Shown here: positions 22,336 through 35,358 of the stretch, in pieces | Layout of the letters: each line of letters starts with the position of its first letter | Numbering within the stretch: position 1 is the stretch's first letter | From: Candidatus Deferrimicrobiaceae bacterium | GTDB lineage: Bacteria; Desulfobacterota; Deferrimicrobia; Deferrimicrobiales; Deferrimicrobiaceae | Length of the DNA: 64,000 nt | Direction: 5' to 3' | Assembly: GCA_041633075.1 (NCBI GenBank) | Contig: JBFKGZ010000001.1 | Location: 854-64,853, forward strand | Notes under the pieces: generated by a model | What the model saw: only the letters and a program-made list of their open reading frames with translations | Told to the model about the DNA's origin: nothing | Databases searched by the model: none | Translations under genes and position numbers: made by a program

Positions 22336-23270
22336 TCCGGTTCCCTCCCTCTCACCAGCTTCCCCTGGCGCTCCACCAGATCCGCAGCGGAGAAGACTCC
22401 CCGCCTCTTCAGCAGGTAGTTCCGGACCGCCACTTCCACGATTGTAGCGAGATTCCGGCCAGGAGAGACGGGGATAAGGAACGTCGGCAGGCTCACCGCG
22501 AGGAAATCCGTGCGCCGGTCCTCCAGCCCGATGCGGTCGTATTCCTTACCGGCGTCCCATTCCTCGATCTGGATGACCATTTCCACCTTCTTCCGGTCCA
22601 CGATCGCCGTGGGGCCAAACAGGTCCCGGATATTGATGATCCCGAGGCCGCGAATCTCCATGTGGTACCTGGTCATGTCGTCCCCGGCCCCCAGGATGGT
22701 CTCCGGCCCCCGTTTCTCCAGGTGAATGACGTCGTCGGATACGAACCGGTGGCCCCGAAGGATGAGGTCCAGCGCGCACTCGCTCTTTCCGACTCCGCTC
22801 TTCCCCAGGAGGGCTACTCCCACCCCGAGGATTTCCATCAGTACCCCGTAAACCGTACCGGTCTCGGCAAACAACCGCTCGAGGGCCCGCAGCACCTCGT
22901 GTATGAGATCCGAGGTGGAGAGATCGGATACGAGCAGCGGAACCCCACGGCGTTCTGCTGTCTCCACCAATGGGGCGGGAAGAGGGAGCGAAGCGCCCGC
23001 GATGGCGCACGCCATCGGCCGGGAGAAAAAGAGATCGGCGATCCGGGTCTGCCGGTCGGGGGACTGGTTCCGGAAATAAATGACCTCGGTCTTCCCCAGA
23101 ATCTGGATCTTTCCCGGGTGTGTGGAGTCGACCTCCCCCGTGATCCCGAGCCCGGTCTTCTGCACTCTTCTGTCGGAGATCTCGCGGGACAGACCGCTCG
23201 CCCCCGAGGCCAGCCGCAGGCGGAGGAGACCGGCACAGGACTTGAGGAAACGGCCTACCGTAACCGGCAC
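22332..23270 (-). CDS. hprK: HPr kinase/phosphorylase
   Basis: P-loop GKSGVGKSE and HprK C-terminal domain signature. Confidence 0.85.
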   Translation of the reverse strand: MPVTVGRFLKSCAGLLRLRLASGASGLSREISDRRVQKTGLGITGEVDSTHPGKIQILGKTEVIYFRNQSPDRQTRIADLFFSRPMACAIAGASLPLPAPLVETAERRGVPLLVSDLSTSDLIHEVLRALERLFAETGTVYGVLMEILGVGVALLGKSGVGKSECALDLILRGHRFVSDDVIHLEKRGPETILGAGDDMTRYHMEIRGLGIINIRDLFGPTAIVDRKKVEMVIQIEEWDAGKEYDRIGLEDRRTDFLAVSLPTFLIPVSPGRNLATIVEVAVRNYLLKRRGVFSAADLVERQGKLVRGREPE

Positions 23271-23301
23271 GTCATGTGCCTCCTTTGCCGGAGCAACCTC
23301 T

Positions 23302-23763
23302 TTACGAACCGTCGTCCTCCTCGATGAGGAGATTTCGCAGTTCGTCGACGTCCGCCGCCTCGAGGAGCAATCGCCGGAACCGATCGTTCTTGAGGAGACG
23401 GGAAATGCGCGCGAGCGCCTTCAGATGCATACCGGCCGAATTTTCAGGGGCCATAATCAGAAAGAACAGATGCGCCGGTTTGCCGTCCAGGGAGTGAAAC
23501 TGGACGCCGTTGCGGCTCCTGCCGAACGCGGCGACCAGGTTCTCGATTCCGGCCACCTTGCCGTGCGGAATGGCCACCCCGTCCCCAATGCCCGTGCTGC
23601 CCAGGTTTTCCCGTTCCATCAGGATGGCGGCCAGGGAGTTCGTCGAAAGCTTCGGAATGGACTTCGCAATCACCTCGGACAGTTCCCGGAGGACGCCCTC
23701 CTTCGTATCCGCCCGAAGATTGTCTACGATCGCCTCGGGAGAGACGATATCCTGGATCTTCAT
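23302..23763 (-). CDS. ptsN: PTS IIA-Ntr nitrogen regulatory protein
   Basis: 153-aa EIIA-Fru/Ntr fold, active-site His region GIGDGVAIPHGK; located downstream of rpoN-hpf. Confidence 0.85.
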   Translation of the reverse strand: MKIQDIVSPEAIVDNLRADTKEGVLRELSEVIAKSIPKLSTNSLAAILMERENLGSTGIGDGVAIPHGKVAGIENLVAAFGRSRNGVQFHSLDGKPAHLFFLIMAPENSAGMHLKALARISRLLKNDRFRRLLLEAADVDELRNLLIEEDDGS

Positions 23764-24320
23764 CGGGCCATGGGCTCCGTGAACCCGATGTTCCCGTCCT
23801 GCTGCCGGAATACGACGCTTGGCTGGTTGGTCTCCTGGTTGACGAACATGAACACGTCTACCTTCATAATGTCGAGGTAATGCGCCGCGTCCTCCACGCT
23901 CATCGGCTTCGGGATGAAGTTGTCGTGGCGTATGATGCGGGGACCCACATCGCTTTCGCTGATCGTGAGGGAGGACCCGGAAACGATCGGCTCCACCGAG
24001 AGGCCCGTATTCTTATCCTTTCTCTTCTCCCGGTACTTCTTCGTCTGCCGCTCCACCTTGTCGCAGACAAGGTCGATGGCGGAATACAGGTTGTCGGTGG
24101 ATTCGAACGCCTTGATCGTGATGCCCCGTGACGTCAAAAAGACCTCCGCGATGTGGCGGTATTTTTCCACGGAAAGCGTCACGTTCGCCTCGAAGGTATC
24201 GTCCAGGATCTTCTGGACCTTTCCCAGCTTTTCGGAAACATAGTCCTTGAGGGGCTGGCTCGGGTTGATATGACGGAATGTCACGGAGATGTTGGACACG
24301 CAATTTCCTCCTTTGTTCAA
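23760..24320 (-). CDS. hpf: ribosome hibernation promoting factor (long form, sigma-54 modulation protein family)
   Basis: NISVTFRHINPSQPLKDYVSEKL... N-terminal RaiA domain plus C-terminal extension; directly downstream of rpoN. Confidence 0.85.
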   Translation of the reverse strand: MNKGGNCVSNISVTFRHINPSQPLKDYVSEKLGKVQKILDDTFEANVTLSVEKYRHIAEVFLTSRGITIKAFESTDNLYSAIDLVCDKVERQTKKYREKRKDKNTGLSVEPIVSGSSLTISESDVGPRIIRHDNFIPKPMSVEDAAHYLDIMKVDVFMFVNQETNQPSVVFRQQDGNIGFTEPMAR

Positions 24321-24336
24321 TGCGTTTCGCTTCTGC

Positions 24337-25809
24337 CTAAAACAGCTTCTTTCTCTTGGACGACGGCAGCACTCCCATCGCCTGACGGTACTTGGTGACC
24401 GTGCGGCGGGCTATCCGGATTCCCTGATTGCGGAGGATCCGTACGAGGTCCTGGTCGCTCAACGGTTTCTCCTCCCCCTCGCTTTTTATGATCTCCAGGA
24501 TCTCCTCCTTCACCGACTTGGAAGCGATATTCTCCTCGCCCCCGTCCCGGTTCAGGCCGGAATTGAAGAAAAACTTCAGTTCGAAGATCCCGTGGGGCGT
24601 GTATACGTACTTGTTGTTCGTCACCCGGGACACCGTCGATTCGTGCATGGAGATGTCCTCCGCGACGTCCCGGAGCGTCAGGGGTACCAGGTTCTTCGGC
24701 CCGGTCTCGAGAAATTCCCGTTGCAGCTTCATGATGCTTTCCACAACCTTGTAGATGGTCCGCTGGCGCTGATGGATGCTCTTGATGAACCAGAGAGCCG
24801 AGTTGATTTTCTGCTTCAGGAATTCCTTGTCCTCCTTGCCAAGCCGGTCCCCGGCGGAAAGGAGATCCCGGTAGTACGAACTGAGCCGAAGACGCGGCTG
24901 GCCGTCCTCGTTCAGCGTGACCACCCACTCATTGTCTCTCTTGATCACATAGGCATCCGGGGTGATGTAGTGCACGTCGTCCCCCAGAAACGCCCTGCCG
25001 GGCTTCGGCCACAGCGTCACCAGCTTCTGGAAGGCATCCCGTACGACCTCCCGGGAGAGTTTGAGCCTCCTCGCGACGCCGGCCACATCCCCGCGGGTGA
25101 AGAGATCGAAGTGCTCGGTGAGGATCCTCAAGGGGAGGGTGAATTCCTCGCCCTTCTCCCGGGCCTGGATCATCAGGCACTCGCGGAGGTCGCGGGCCCC
25201 CACGCCGGCCGGGTCCAGCGTCTGGATCTTCGCGATCGCCCGCTCCACGTCCTCGAGCGTCTTTCCAAGGGCGCTTGCGGTCTCCTCGGCGGATACCTTG
25301 AGATACCCGTTGTCATCGATGTTGCCGATCAGGTAGGGAGCGATCTCCGCCACCGTATCGTCCGTGGGGGACAGGTTGATCTGCATTTCGAGGTATTCCG
25401 CGAGGGAGGGCTTCCGGGTAAGAAGGTTCTCGTAGTAGGGCCGGCCGTCCTCCTCCTCGCGATCACGCTCCCCGCGGGTTCCGGACACCGTGGCGTTATC
25501 CCCGAAATAGTAGTCCCAGTCGACGCGGTCGATCAGCTCCTTGGCTGCCGGAGCCTCGGAAGCCTCGGTACCGTCCGACCCGGCTTCCGGGGGAGACACC
25601 TCCATCGCCCCCTCTCCTTCCGATCCTTCCTGACCTTCCGGGGACTCCTCCGCATCCTCCTCCAGGGCGGGATTCACCTCGAGCTCCTCCCGTACCGCCT
25701 GCTGCAGTTCCAGGCGCGACAATTGCAGCAGCTTGATTGCCTGCTGCAGCTGCGGGGTCATCACCAGCTGCTGGCTGAGCTTCAGGGACTGTCGTAGTTC
25801 CAAGGCCAT
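24337..25809 (-). CDS. rpoN: RNA polymerase sigma-54 factor
   Basis: N-terminal Gln/Leu-rich region LKLSQQLVMTPQLQQAIKLLQLSRLEL, acidic region, C-terminal RpoN box. Confidence 0.9.
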   Translation of the reverse strand: MALELRQSLKLSQQLVMTPQLQQAIKLLQLSRLELQQAVREELEVNPALEEDAEESPEGQEGSEGEGAMEVSPPEAGSDGTEASEAPAAKELIDRVDWDYYFGDNATVSGTRGERDREEEDGRPYYENLLTRKPSLAEYLEMQINLSPTDDTVAEIAPYLIGNIDDNGYLKVSAEETASALGKTLEDVERAIAKIQTLDPAGVGARDLRECLMIQAREKGEEFTLPLRILTEHFDLFTRGDVAGVARRLKLSREVVRDAFQKLVTLWPKPGRAFLGDDVHYITPDAYVIKRDNEWVVTLNEDGQPRLRLSSYYRDLLSAGDRLGKEDKEFLKQKINSALWFIKSIHQRQRTIYKVVESIMKLQREFLETGPKNLVPLTLRDVAEDISMHESTVSRVTNNKYVYTPHGIFELKFFFNSGLNRDGGEENIASKSVKEEILEIIKSEGEEKPLSDQDLVRILRNQGIRIARRTVTKYRQAMGVLPSSKRKKLF

Positions 25810-25824
25810 AATGTTCCCGGCTGC

Positions 25825-26547
25825 CTACAGGGAGAACTGCTCTCCCAGGTATATTTCCCGCACACGCGGGGAGGATGCGATCTCCTCGGGATTTCCTTCG
25901 AGAAGGATCTCCCCTTCGGATATGATGTACGCCCGGTCGCACACCGTGAGGGTGTCGCGCACGTTATGATCCGTTATTATAACCCCGATTCCCTTCTCTT
26001 TTAAGCCAAGTATCACCTGCTGCAGATCCGCGACCGAAATGGGGTCGATCCCGGCGAACGGTTCGTCGAGGAGCAGAAACACCGGGGAGATCACCAGGGA
26101 GCGGGCGATCTCCACGCGCCGCCGCTCCCCTCCCGACAGGGAATACGCCATCGTCTCCTTCACGTGGGATATCCGCATCTCCGCGAGAAGATCGGAGAGC
26201 CGCTTTTCCCGTTCTCCCTTCGGCAGGGATGTCTCTTCCAGAAAGACCAGAATGTTCTCCCGGACCGTCAGTTTGCGGAAGACCGACGGTTCCTGCGGGA
26301 GGTAGCCGAGCCCCATCCTGGCCCGCCGGTGCATCGGAAGGCGGGTGATATCCTGTCCGTTGAGAAGGACCGTGCCGTTGTCCGGCCGAACCAGCCCCAC
26401 GATCATATAGAAGATCGTGGTTTTCCCCGCGCCGTTCGGACCCAGGAGACCCACGACCTCCCCGGGGGCAATCTGGATCGAAACACCCTTGACGGCCTCA
26501 CGTTCCCGATATCGCTTTCTCAGGTCGCGTACGGCCAGTGATTTCAA
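25825..26547 (-). CDS. lptB: LPS export ABC transporter ATP-binding protein
   Basis: ABC ATPase with Walker A GPNGAGKTT, signature LSGGERRRVEIAR, Walker B LLLDEP; conserved position upstream of rpoN. Confidence 0.9.
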   Translation of the reverse strand: MKSLAVRDLRKRYREREAVKGVSIQIAPGEVVGLLGPNGAGKTTIFYMIVGLVRPDNGTVLLNGQDITRLPMHRRARMGLGYLPQEPSVFRKLTVRENILVFLEETSLPKGEREKRLSDLLAEMRISHVKETMAYSLSGGERRRVEIARSLVISPVFLLLDEPFAGIDPISVADLQQVILGLKEKGIGVIITDHNVRDTLTVCDRAYIISEGEILLEGNPEEIASSPRVREIYLGEQFSL

Positions 26548-27107
26548 CGGATTTCCTTTTCCTTGCCCTGAAGAAGGCCTTGGGGGTGGAGGACCGCACG
26601 GACGCGCCCGCTCTTCCCGCCCGTCACCACGGACCGGTTTTCCCGCAGGTAGATCGTCACCGTATCGCCTTTCAGGGTGTTCTCCCCCTGTTTCAGGTCG
26701 GCTCCCCCCGAGAGGACGATCCGCTGCTCCAGGTTGTAGAACACGGCCTTCGCGGCACGTGCCTCCCTCCCCCCCTGCACCACCCGGACGTTACCCTCCG
26801 CCGTGATCTTCTCGATGGCATTCTGCCCCCGGGAATATTCCGCGAACAACCGGTCGGCATGAAGCGTCACGTCCGCCTGCATCGCCATGACATTCCCTTC
26901 GAAGGTCACCGATTCCGTGCCGCTGTCGGCATTCAGGCGGTCAGCGGTAATCTCGATGGGCTGACGGCCCGCCTCGTCCGAACGCCATGCTCCCGGTTTC
27001 TCCTCACCCCCGGCCGGAACCGCCATGACCAGAAAGAATAGAAGAAAAACCGCTCCCCTCGCCGCAAAACGCGCGAAATTTCCCAGGCGGGTCGTTTTTC
27101 CGTTCAC
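26544..27107 (-). CDS. lptA: LPS transport periplasmic protein LptA (OstA-like)
   Basis: 187-aa secreted protein with OstA-like region; context lptC-lptA-lptB. Confidence 0.7.
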   Translation of the reverse strand: MNGKTTRLGNFARFAARGAVFLLFFLVMAVPAGGEEKPGAWRSDEAGRQPIEITADRLNADSGTESVTFEGNVMAMQADVTLHADRLFAEYSRGQNAIEKITAEGNVRVVQGGREARAAKAVFYNLEQRIVLSGGADLKQGENTLKGDTVTIYLRENRSVVTGGKSGRVRAVLHPQGLLQGKEKEIR

Positions 27108-27111
27108 GTTC

Positions 27112-27684
27112 TCATCCTTTCTTTCCCGGAGCCAGAACGTTCCCCGGAAGGAACCTGCTCCGGGGGGAATCGAGCGCCACCGTGCTGTCGTGCCACCGCC
27201 AGCGCAGGTTTTTTCCCTCCATTGAAAAGCCGGGGCCGGCGAGGCTGGCTTCCTCCGCCATGACCACCTCCGAAATCAGGTCGATGCTTGCCCGGGGGGC
27301 GGTCGCGGTCCAGCCCGTACCGTTTTCCACGGCGGCCCCTTTTGCCAGTTCGATCCGGCCGTTGTTCAGGTCCCAGGATGCTGATGGGGCGCTCGCCACG
27401 ACGTTTTCTCCCCGCTCCCGCAGCAAGAGTCTCACACCCGACGCCACCACCCTTCCCAGCGAGATCGAGTAGGAGGCGTTATCCGAAGCGAGCCGGTAGA
27501 TCTGCCCCTCCGGGTGCACCTCGACGATCTCGACAACGCGCAGAATAATTTTCGGGCCACCGCCGTTCCCGCCGTTCCTCTCTTCGGGGAGGGGGCGCGG
27601 AATCCCTGACAGGTTCTGAACCAGCAGATAGGCCCCGGCGATGAGCGCCGCCGCCGCCAGCCCCGACAACAGCTTTCCGATCAC
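27112..27684 (-). CDS. lptC: LPS export system protein LptC
   Basis: 190-aa protein with N-terminal TM anchor; position between kdsC and lptA. Confidence 0.65.
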   Translation of the reverse strand: MIGKLLSGLAAAALIAGAYLLVQNLSGIPRPLPEERNGGNGGGPKIILRVVEIVEVHPEGQIYRLASDNASYSISLGRVVASGVRLLLRERGENVVASAPSASWDLNNGRIELAKGAAVENGTGWTATAPRASIDLISEVVMAEEASLAGPGFSMEGKNLRWRWHDSTVALDSPRSRFLPGNVLAPGKKG

Positions 27685-28238
27685 CCTTCCTCTCCTTTAT
27701 CGGAGTATTTCCCCCAGATCTTGCCCCACGCCCCGCCGGATTTCAGCACGAATTCGATGATCTCCCGCACGGCACCTTGCCCTCCCCGCCGGGAGGAGAC
27801 GTAGTCGGCCTCGGAAAGGACGTACTCTTCGGCGTCGGCCACCGCCGCAGCGAACCCGACCTGCCGCAGGAGGGAAACGTCCACGATGTCGTCCCCCACG
27901 TAAGCGCTTTCCTCCGGGGCGATCCCCTTCTCCCCCAGGATTTCCCGCCACATGGCCACCTTGTCCCATACCCCCTGCCGGACAAGGGATATCCCCAGTT
28001 CCTCCGCACGGATCCGCACCGCCTCCGACGTCCTTCCCGTGATGATCCCGACCTCGATTCCCGCCCGCTGCATCATCTTGATCCCATGCCCGTCCCGCAC
28101 GTGGAACCGCTTCGTCTCCACCCCGTTGCCGTCGAAGATAATTCCCCCGTCGGTCAGCACCCCGTCCACGTCGACCAGGAACAGGCGCACCGCGGCCGCC
28201 TTCGCTTCGGCACCCTGCCTCACCAGAGGCCCGCTCAT
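27681..28238 (-). CDS. kdsC: 3-deoxy-D-manno-octulosonate 8-phosphate phosphatase
   Basis: HAD-family motif LFLVDVDGVLTDG and KdsC-type sequence; in kds cluster. Confidence 0.8.
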   Translation of the reverse strand: MSGPLVRQGAEAKAAAVRLFLVDVDGVLTDGGIIFDGNGVETKRFHVRDGHGIKMMQRAGIEVGIITGRTSEAVRIRAEELGISLVRQGVWDKVAMWREILGEKGIAPEESAYVGDDIVDVSLLRQVGFAAAVADAEEYVLSEADYVSSRRGGQGAVREIIEFVLKSGGAWGKIWGKYSDKGEEG

Positions 28239-29216
28239 CGGATGCCTGCCTTCAGGAGGTCGTGGATGTGGACGATTCCCACCAGGGCCTCCGGGGCTTT
28301 CTCGTCGAAGACGAACAGGCTCGTGATCGAAAACTCCTCCATCTTCCGAAGGGCGGATGCGGCCAACTCCGACGATGTCAGTCTCTTCGGACCCCGGGTC
28401 ATGATCTCTCCCGCCTTCGCCGTGAACAGGTCGATCCCCCGGGCCATCGCCCTTCGGACGTCTCCGTCGGTGATCACCCCCACGAGGGCCCCTTTCTCGC
28501 TCACGACTCCCGTAACCCCGAGCCGCTTGGAACTGATCACGAAGAGGGCGTCCTTGAGCGGGGTCTCCGGATGGACCAGCGGGATCTCCTCTCCGCGGTG
28601 CATGACGTCCTCCACTTTCTGCAGCCGGTGCCCCAGCGCTCCTCCGGGATGGAGCATGGCGAAGTCCTGCAAGGAAAATCCCTTTTCTTCGAACAGGACG
28701 ACGGCAAGCGCGTCGCCGAGCGCCAGCATGGCGGTCGTGGACGCGGTGGGCGCAAGGCCCAACGGACAGGCCTCTTCCCGCACTCCGGCGTCCAGCGTCA
28801 CGTCGGCGTGTCGCGCCAGGATGGAGTCCGGATTCCCGGTCAGTGCGATGAGAGAGAGTCCCAGCCGCTTGAAGATGGGCAGGAGCCGAACGATTTCCTC
28901 GGTGTCCCCCGAGTTCGAAAGGGCGATGACGACGTCTCCCGTGCGGACCATCCCGATGTCGCCGTGCATTCCCTCGGCCGGGTGGAGGAAGAACGCGGGG
29001 GTTCCGGTGGAGGCGAACGTCGCGGCGATCTTCCTGCCGATAAGACCGGACTTTCCCACCCCGGTCAGGACAAGCTTCCCCGGCGCCTCCAGGAGAATGT
29101 CGATGGCCCGGGAGAAATTCTCGTTGATTCTCTCCCGCAATCCGGTGATGCCCTCCGCCTCGATCGAGAGGATGCGGGAGGCTCGCCGGACGAGCGCTTC
29201 CGACCGGCCGCGCGGA

Positions 29217-29227
<11 letters not shown>
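28235..29227 (-). CDS. kdsD: arabinose-5-phosphate isomerase (KpsF/GutQ family)
   Basis: SIS domain (LTGVGKSGLIGRKIAATFASTGTPAFF) followed by tandem CBS domains. Confidence 0.85.
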
Positions 29228-32483
<3,256 letters not shown>

Positions 32484-32487
<4 letters not shown>

Positions 32488-33524
32488 GGAAACACGGGGA
32501 GCCCCCGGAGACCCTCGTCCTCCGGAAAGCCCATCATGAGGTTGAAGCACTGGACGGCGGCGCCGGAGGCGCCCTTCCCCAGGTTGTCGATCGCGGAAAC
32601 AGCGATCACCCGGCGGCTTTTCTCGTCGAACCGGACGGCGATGTCGCAGAAGTTGCTCCCGGAAACATCCTTCGTCGAGGGAAGGACATCCGGCGGACAG
32701 AGACGCACGAACGGCTCCTTCCCGTAATGCTTCCGGTAGGCCTTTTCCACGTCCTTCGTCACGACCTTCCTTCGCGCCATCGCAAAGCACGTCGCGAGAA
32801 TTCCCCGCCCCATGGGAAGGAGGTGCGGGACGAAGGTCACAGCCACGTTTCTCCCGGCGGCAAGCGAAAGTTCCTGGTCCATCTCCGGGTTGTGGCGGTG
32901 CGTGGGAAGTCCGTACGGGCGCACCCCTCCCTCTACCTCCGGATAGTGGAAGCCGAGATTCGGTCCCCTTCCTCCCCCTGACACGCCGGTCTTGCAGTCC
33001 GCCACGATCCCCTCCGCATCGACCAGACCTTCCGCAAGCAGCGGGTAAAGGGCCAGGATCACGGCCGTGGGAAAGCAGCCGGGAATGGCCGCCAGCCGGG
33101 TCTTCCGGAGAGCGTCCCGGTAGATTTCGGGGAGCCCGTATACCGCCTGTTTGCAAAGGCCCGGAAAATTGTGCCGGACCCCGTAGACGGACTCGTACAG
33201 CGGGATGCTTCGGAAACGGAAATCGGCCGACAGGTCGATGACCCGGGCTTCCCGCGGGAGAATCTTTGCGGCCACGGGGGCGGAAACGGTGTGCGGCAGG
33301 GCCAGAAATACCGCATCCACGTCTTCCGTGCGCACCTGCCCCATCTTTCCGAAGGCGACCTTCGGCAGCCTGCCGCGGAAAGGAGCGAACGCCTGGTCCA
33401 CCGGAAGATCCGAATATTGCTCGGAGGTAAGGACCGTGATCTTCGTCCCGGGGTGTGAGAGCAGCAGACGGATGAGTTCGAACCCGGTGTATCCCGTCGC
33501 CCCGTATATGGCCACCCTGGTCAT
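32484..33524 (-). CDS. argC: N-acetyl-gamma-glutamyl-phosphate reductase
   Basis: MTRVAIYGATGYTGFELIRLL... NAD-binding N-terminus and ArgC active-site Cys region (GCFPTA). Confidence 0.9.
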
Positions 33525-33539
33525 TTACCAACCTCCTCG

Positions 33540-33571
33540 AAAAAAAAAGGGAAGGCGCCACCGGCCTTCCC
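33540..33571 (-). terminator. intrinsic terminator downstream of rpsI
   Basis: Minus-strand RNA: GGGAAGGC-cggugcg-GCCUUCCC (perfect 8-bp stem, 7-nt loop) immediately followed by U9 (A9 on plus strand, 33540..33548). Confidence 0.7.
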
Positions 33572-33609
33572 CTTCCGAAACCGTTCGCTGGGCGAGAAGC
33601 CCTTCGCGC

Positions 33610-34002
33610 TCACCGCTTGGAGAACTGGAACCGTTTCCGCGCCCCCGGCCGTCCGTACTTCTTCCGTTCCTTGACGCGCGCGTCCCTCGTCAGATAGCCC
33701 GCTCGCTTCAGCATGGACCGAAGCTCGGGATTGTCGATCTGCAGCGCCTTGGCGATCCCGTACTTGAGCGAGTCGGCCTGGGATGCAGGCCCGCCACCCG
33801 TGACGTTGACTTCCACGTCCACGCTCTGCCGCTTCCCCGTGAGGACCAGCGGCTGCACCGCCGCGGCCCGAAGGGCCAGCACGGGGAAGTACTCCTCGAA
33901 CTCGCGACCGTTCACAAGGATGCGTCCGGTGCCCGGTCTGATGTAGACCCGCGAGATGGAAGTTTTCCGCTTGCCGGTTGCATAGATCTTTGCCTGTGCC
34001 AT
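33610..34002 (-). CDS. rpsI: 30S ribosomal protein S9
   Basis: 130-aa ORF ending ...GARKRFQFSKR, canonical S9. Confidence 0.9.
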   Translation of the reverse strand: MAQAKIYATGKRKTSISRVYIRPGTGRILVNGREFEEYFPVLALRAAAVQPLVLTGKRQSVDVEVNVTGGGPASQADSLKYGIAKALQIDNPELRSMLKRAGYLTRDARVKERKKYGRPGARKRFQFSKR

Positions 34003-34006
34003 ACGT

Positions 34007-34459
34007 TTACGCCCTCTCCTTTCCGTTCACGACCAGCGGCCTCGGCTGCTGGGCCTGGTGGGGATGGTCAGGGCCGGCGTAGACCTTGAGCTTCGTGAAC
34101 AACCGGTCCCCCAGCCGGGATTTGGGAAGCATTCCGCGCACCGCCCACTCGACAATACGTTCGGGGCGGTTCGAGGCAATGACCTTTTCCGGGGTGGTTT
34201 CCTTCAGGCCCCCGATGTACCCCGAGTGCCGGTAATACGACTTGTCGGTCATCTTCTTGCCGGTGAGCTTCACCTTCTCCGCGTTGATGACGATAACAAA
34301 ATCGCCGATGTCCGCGTTGGGCGTATAGGTGGGCTTGTGCTTCCCCCGCAACACCGCGGCCACCCGCGTGGCGAGCCGGCCGAGCACCTGATTCTGCGCG
34401 TCCACCACGTGCCAATTCTGGTTCGCGGCCTCTCTGGTAAAAAAAACCGTCGGTTTCAT
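34007..34459 (-). CDS. rplM: 50S ribosomal protein L13
   Basis: 150-aa L13 homolog, conserved rplM-rpsI pair. Confidence 0.9.
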   Translation of the reverse strand: MKPTVFFTREAANQNWHVVDAQNQVLGRLATRVAAVLRGKHKPTYTPNADIGDFVIVINAEKVKLTGKKMTDKSYYRHSGYIGGLKETTPEKVIASNRPERIVEWAVRGMLPKSRLGDRLFTKLKVYAGPDHPHQAQQPRPLVVNGKERA

Positions 34460-34493
34460 CCTGGCAGACCTTTCTCTTAAAAATCAAAGAGGT

Positions 34494-34522
34494 ATTAGAC
34501 CTCAGCCAACCTCCAACGTCAA
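34494..34522 (-). promoter_or_regulatory. candidate sigma70 promoter for rplM-rpsI
   Basis: Minus strand: TTGACG (34522..34517) - 17 nt - TCTAAT (34499..34494), ~35 nt upstream of rplM ATG; the -35 overlaps the truA stop codon. Confidence 0.45.
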
Positions 34523-35316
34523 GAGGAAAAACCGTTTTCCCGCTTCCCCCCGGCCGGGCGGGAGGACGGGCTTTTCCCGTACACCACCTCCCACAGGAAC
34601 AGTCCGTGGGGCGGAGCGGTGGGCCCGGCAAGCGTCCGGTCCCGCCGCCCGAGCAGTTCGCGGACCCAGTCCGGCAGGTTCTTTCCCCTGCCGATGTCAA
34701 CGAGTGTCCCCGCGACGTTTCGCACCATGTGCCTGAGGAAACCGCTGCCGGCAATGCGGACGGAGACCAGACCCGGAACGCCTTCCTCCTCGATGCCGGC
34801 GCGAAAAATTTCCCGGATCGTGGTCCTTGCGGCGCATCCCTGTCCCCGAAAGGAGGAAAAATCGTGCTTTCCCACGATATGTGCGAGACCTTGCCGCATC
34901 GCGTCGATGTCGACAAGTTTTCCCAGGTGCCACGAGTAGCGCGCCAGAAACGGGGAGGCGGCGGAATCAAGGTAGAAAAAGTACCGGTATTCCTTGCTTT
35001 TTGCGTCACGTCGCGCGTTGAAGGACGGAGATGCCTCCTTCGCGGAAAGGATCCGGATATCCGGCGGGAGAAGAGCGTTTCCCCCCCGGACGACTGTACC
35101 CAAAGAACGTCTCCCGGAGTCGGCGAAATCGACCACCTGTTCCCGGGCATGCACCCCCGCATCGGTGCGGCCGGCCGGCCGGAGACGGACCGGCTCCTGG
35201 AGGAGCCGGGAAAGGGCATCCTCCGCCACCGACTGGATGGTGACCCCGTTCGCCTGGCGCTGGAACCCGCTGTACGCCATCCCGTCGTACGCAATCGTCA
35301 GTTTTACGCGGCGCAT
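34519..35316 (-). CDS. truA: tRNA pseudouridine(38-40) synthase
   Basis: MRRVKLTIAYDGMAYSGFQRQ... with catalytic RTDAGVHA motif; 266 aa from ATG 35316 (track ORF extends upstream into the repeat, rejected). Confidence 0.85.
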   Translation of the reverse strand: MRRVKLTIAYDGMAYSGFQRQANGVTIQSVAEDALSRLLQEPVRLRPAGRTDAGVHAREQVVDFADSGRRSLGTVVRGGNALLPPDIRILSAKEASPSFNARRDAKSKEYRYFFYLDSAASPFLARYSWHLGKLVDIDAMRQGLAHIVGKHDFSSFRGQGCAARTTIREIFRAGIEEEGVPGLVSVRIAGSGFLRHMVRNVAGTLVDIGRGKNLPDWVRELLGRRDRTLAGPTAPPHGLFLWEVVYGKSPSSRPAGGKRENGFSS

Positions 35317-35358
35317 CGTTCCGGAAATTCTCCCTGTCGCCTCACCCCCGCCGAGGAA

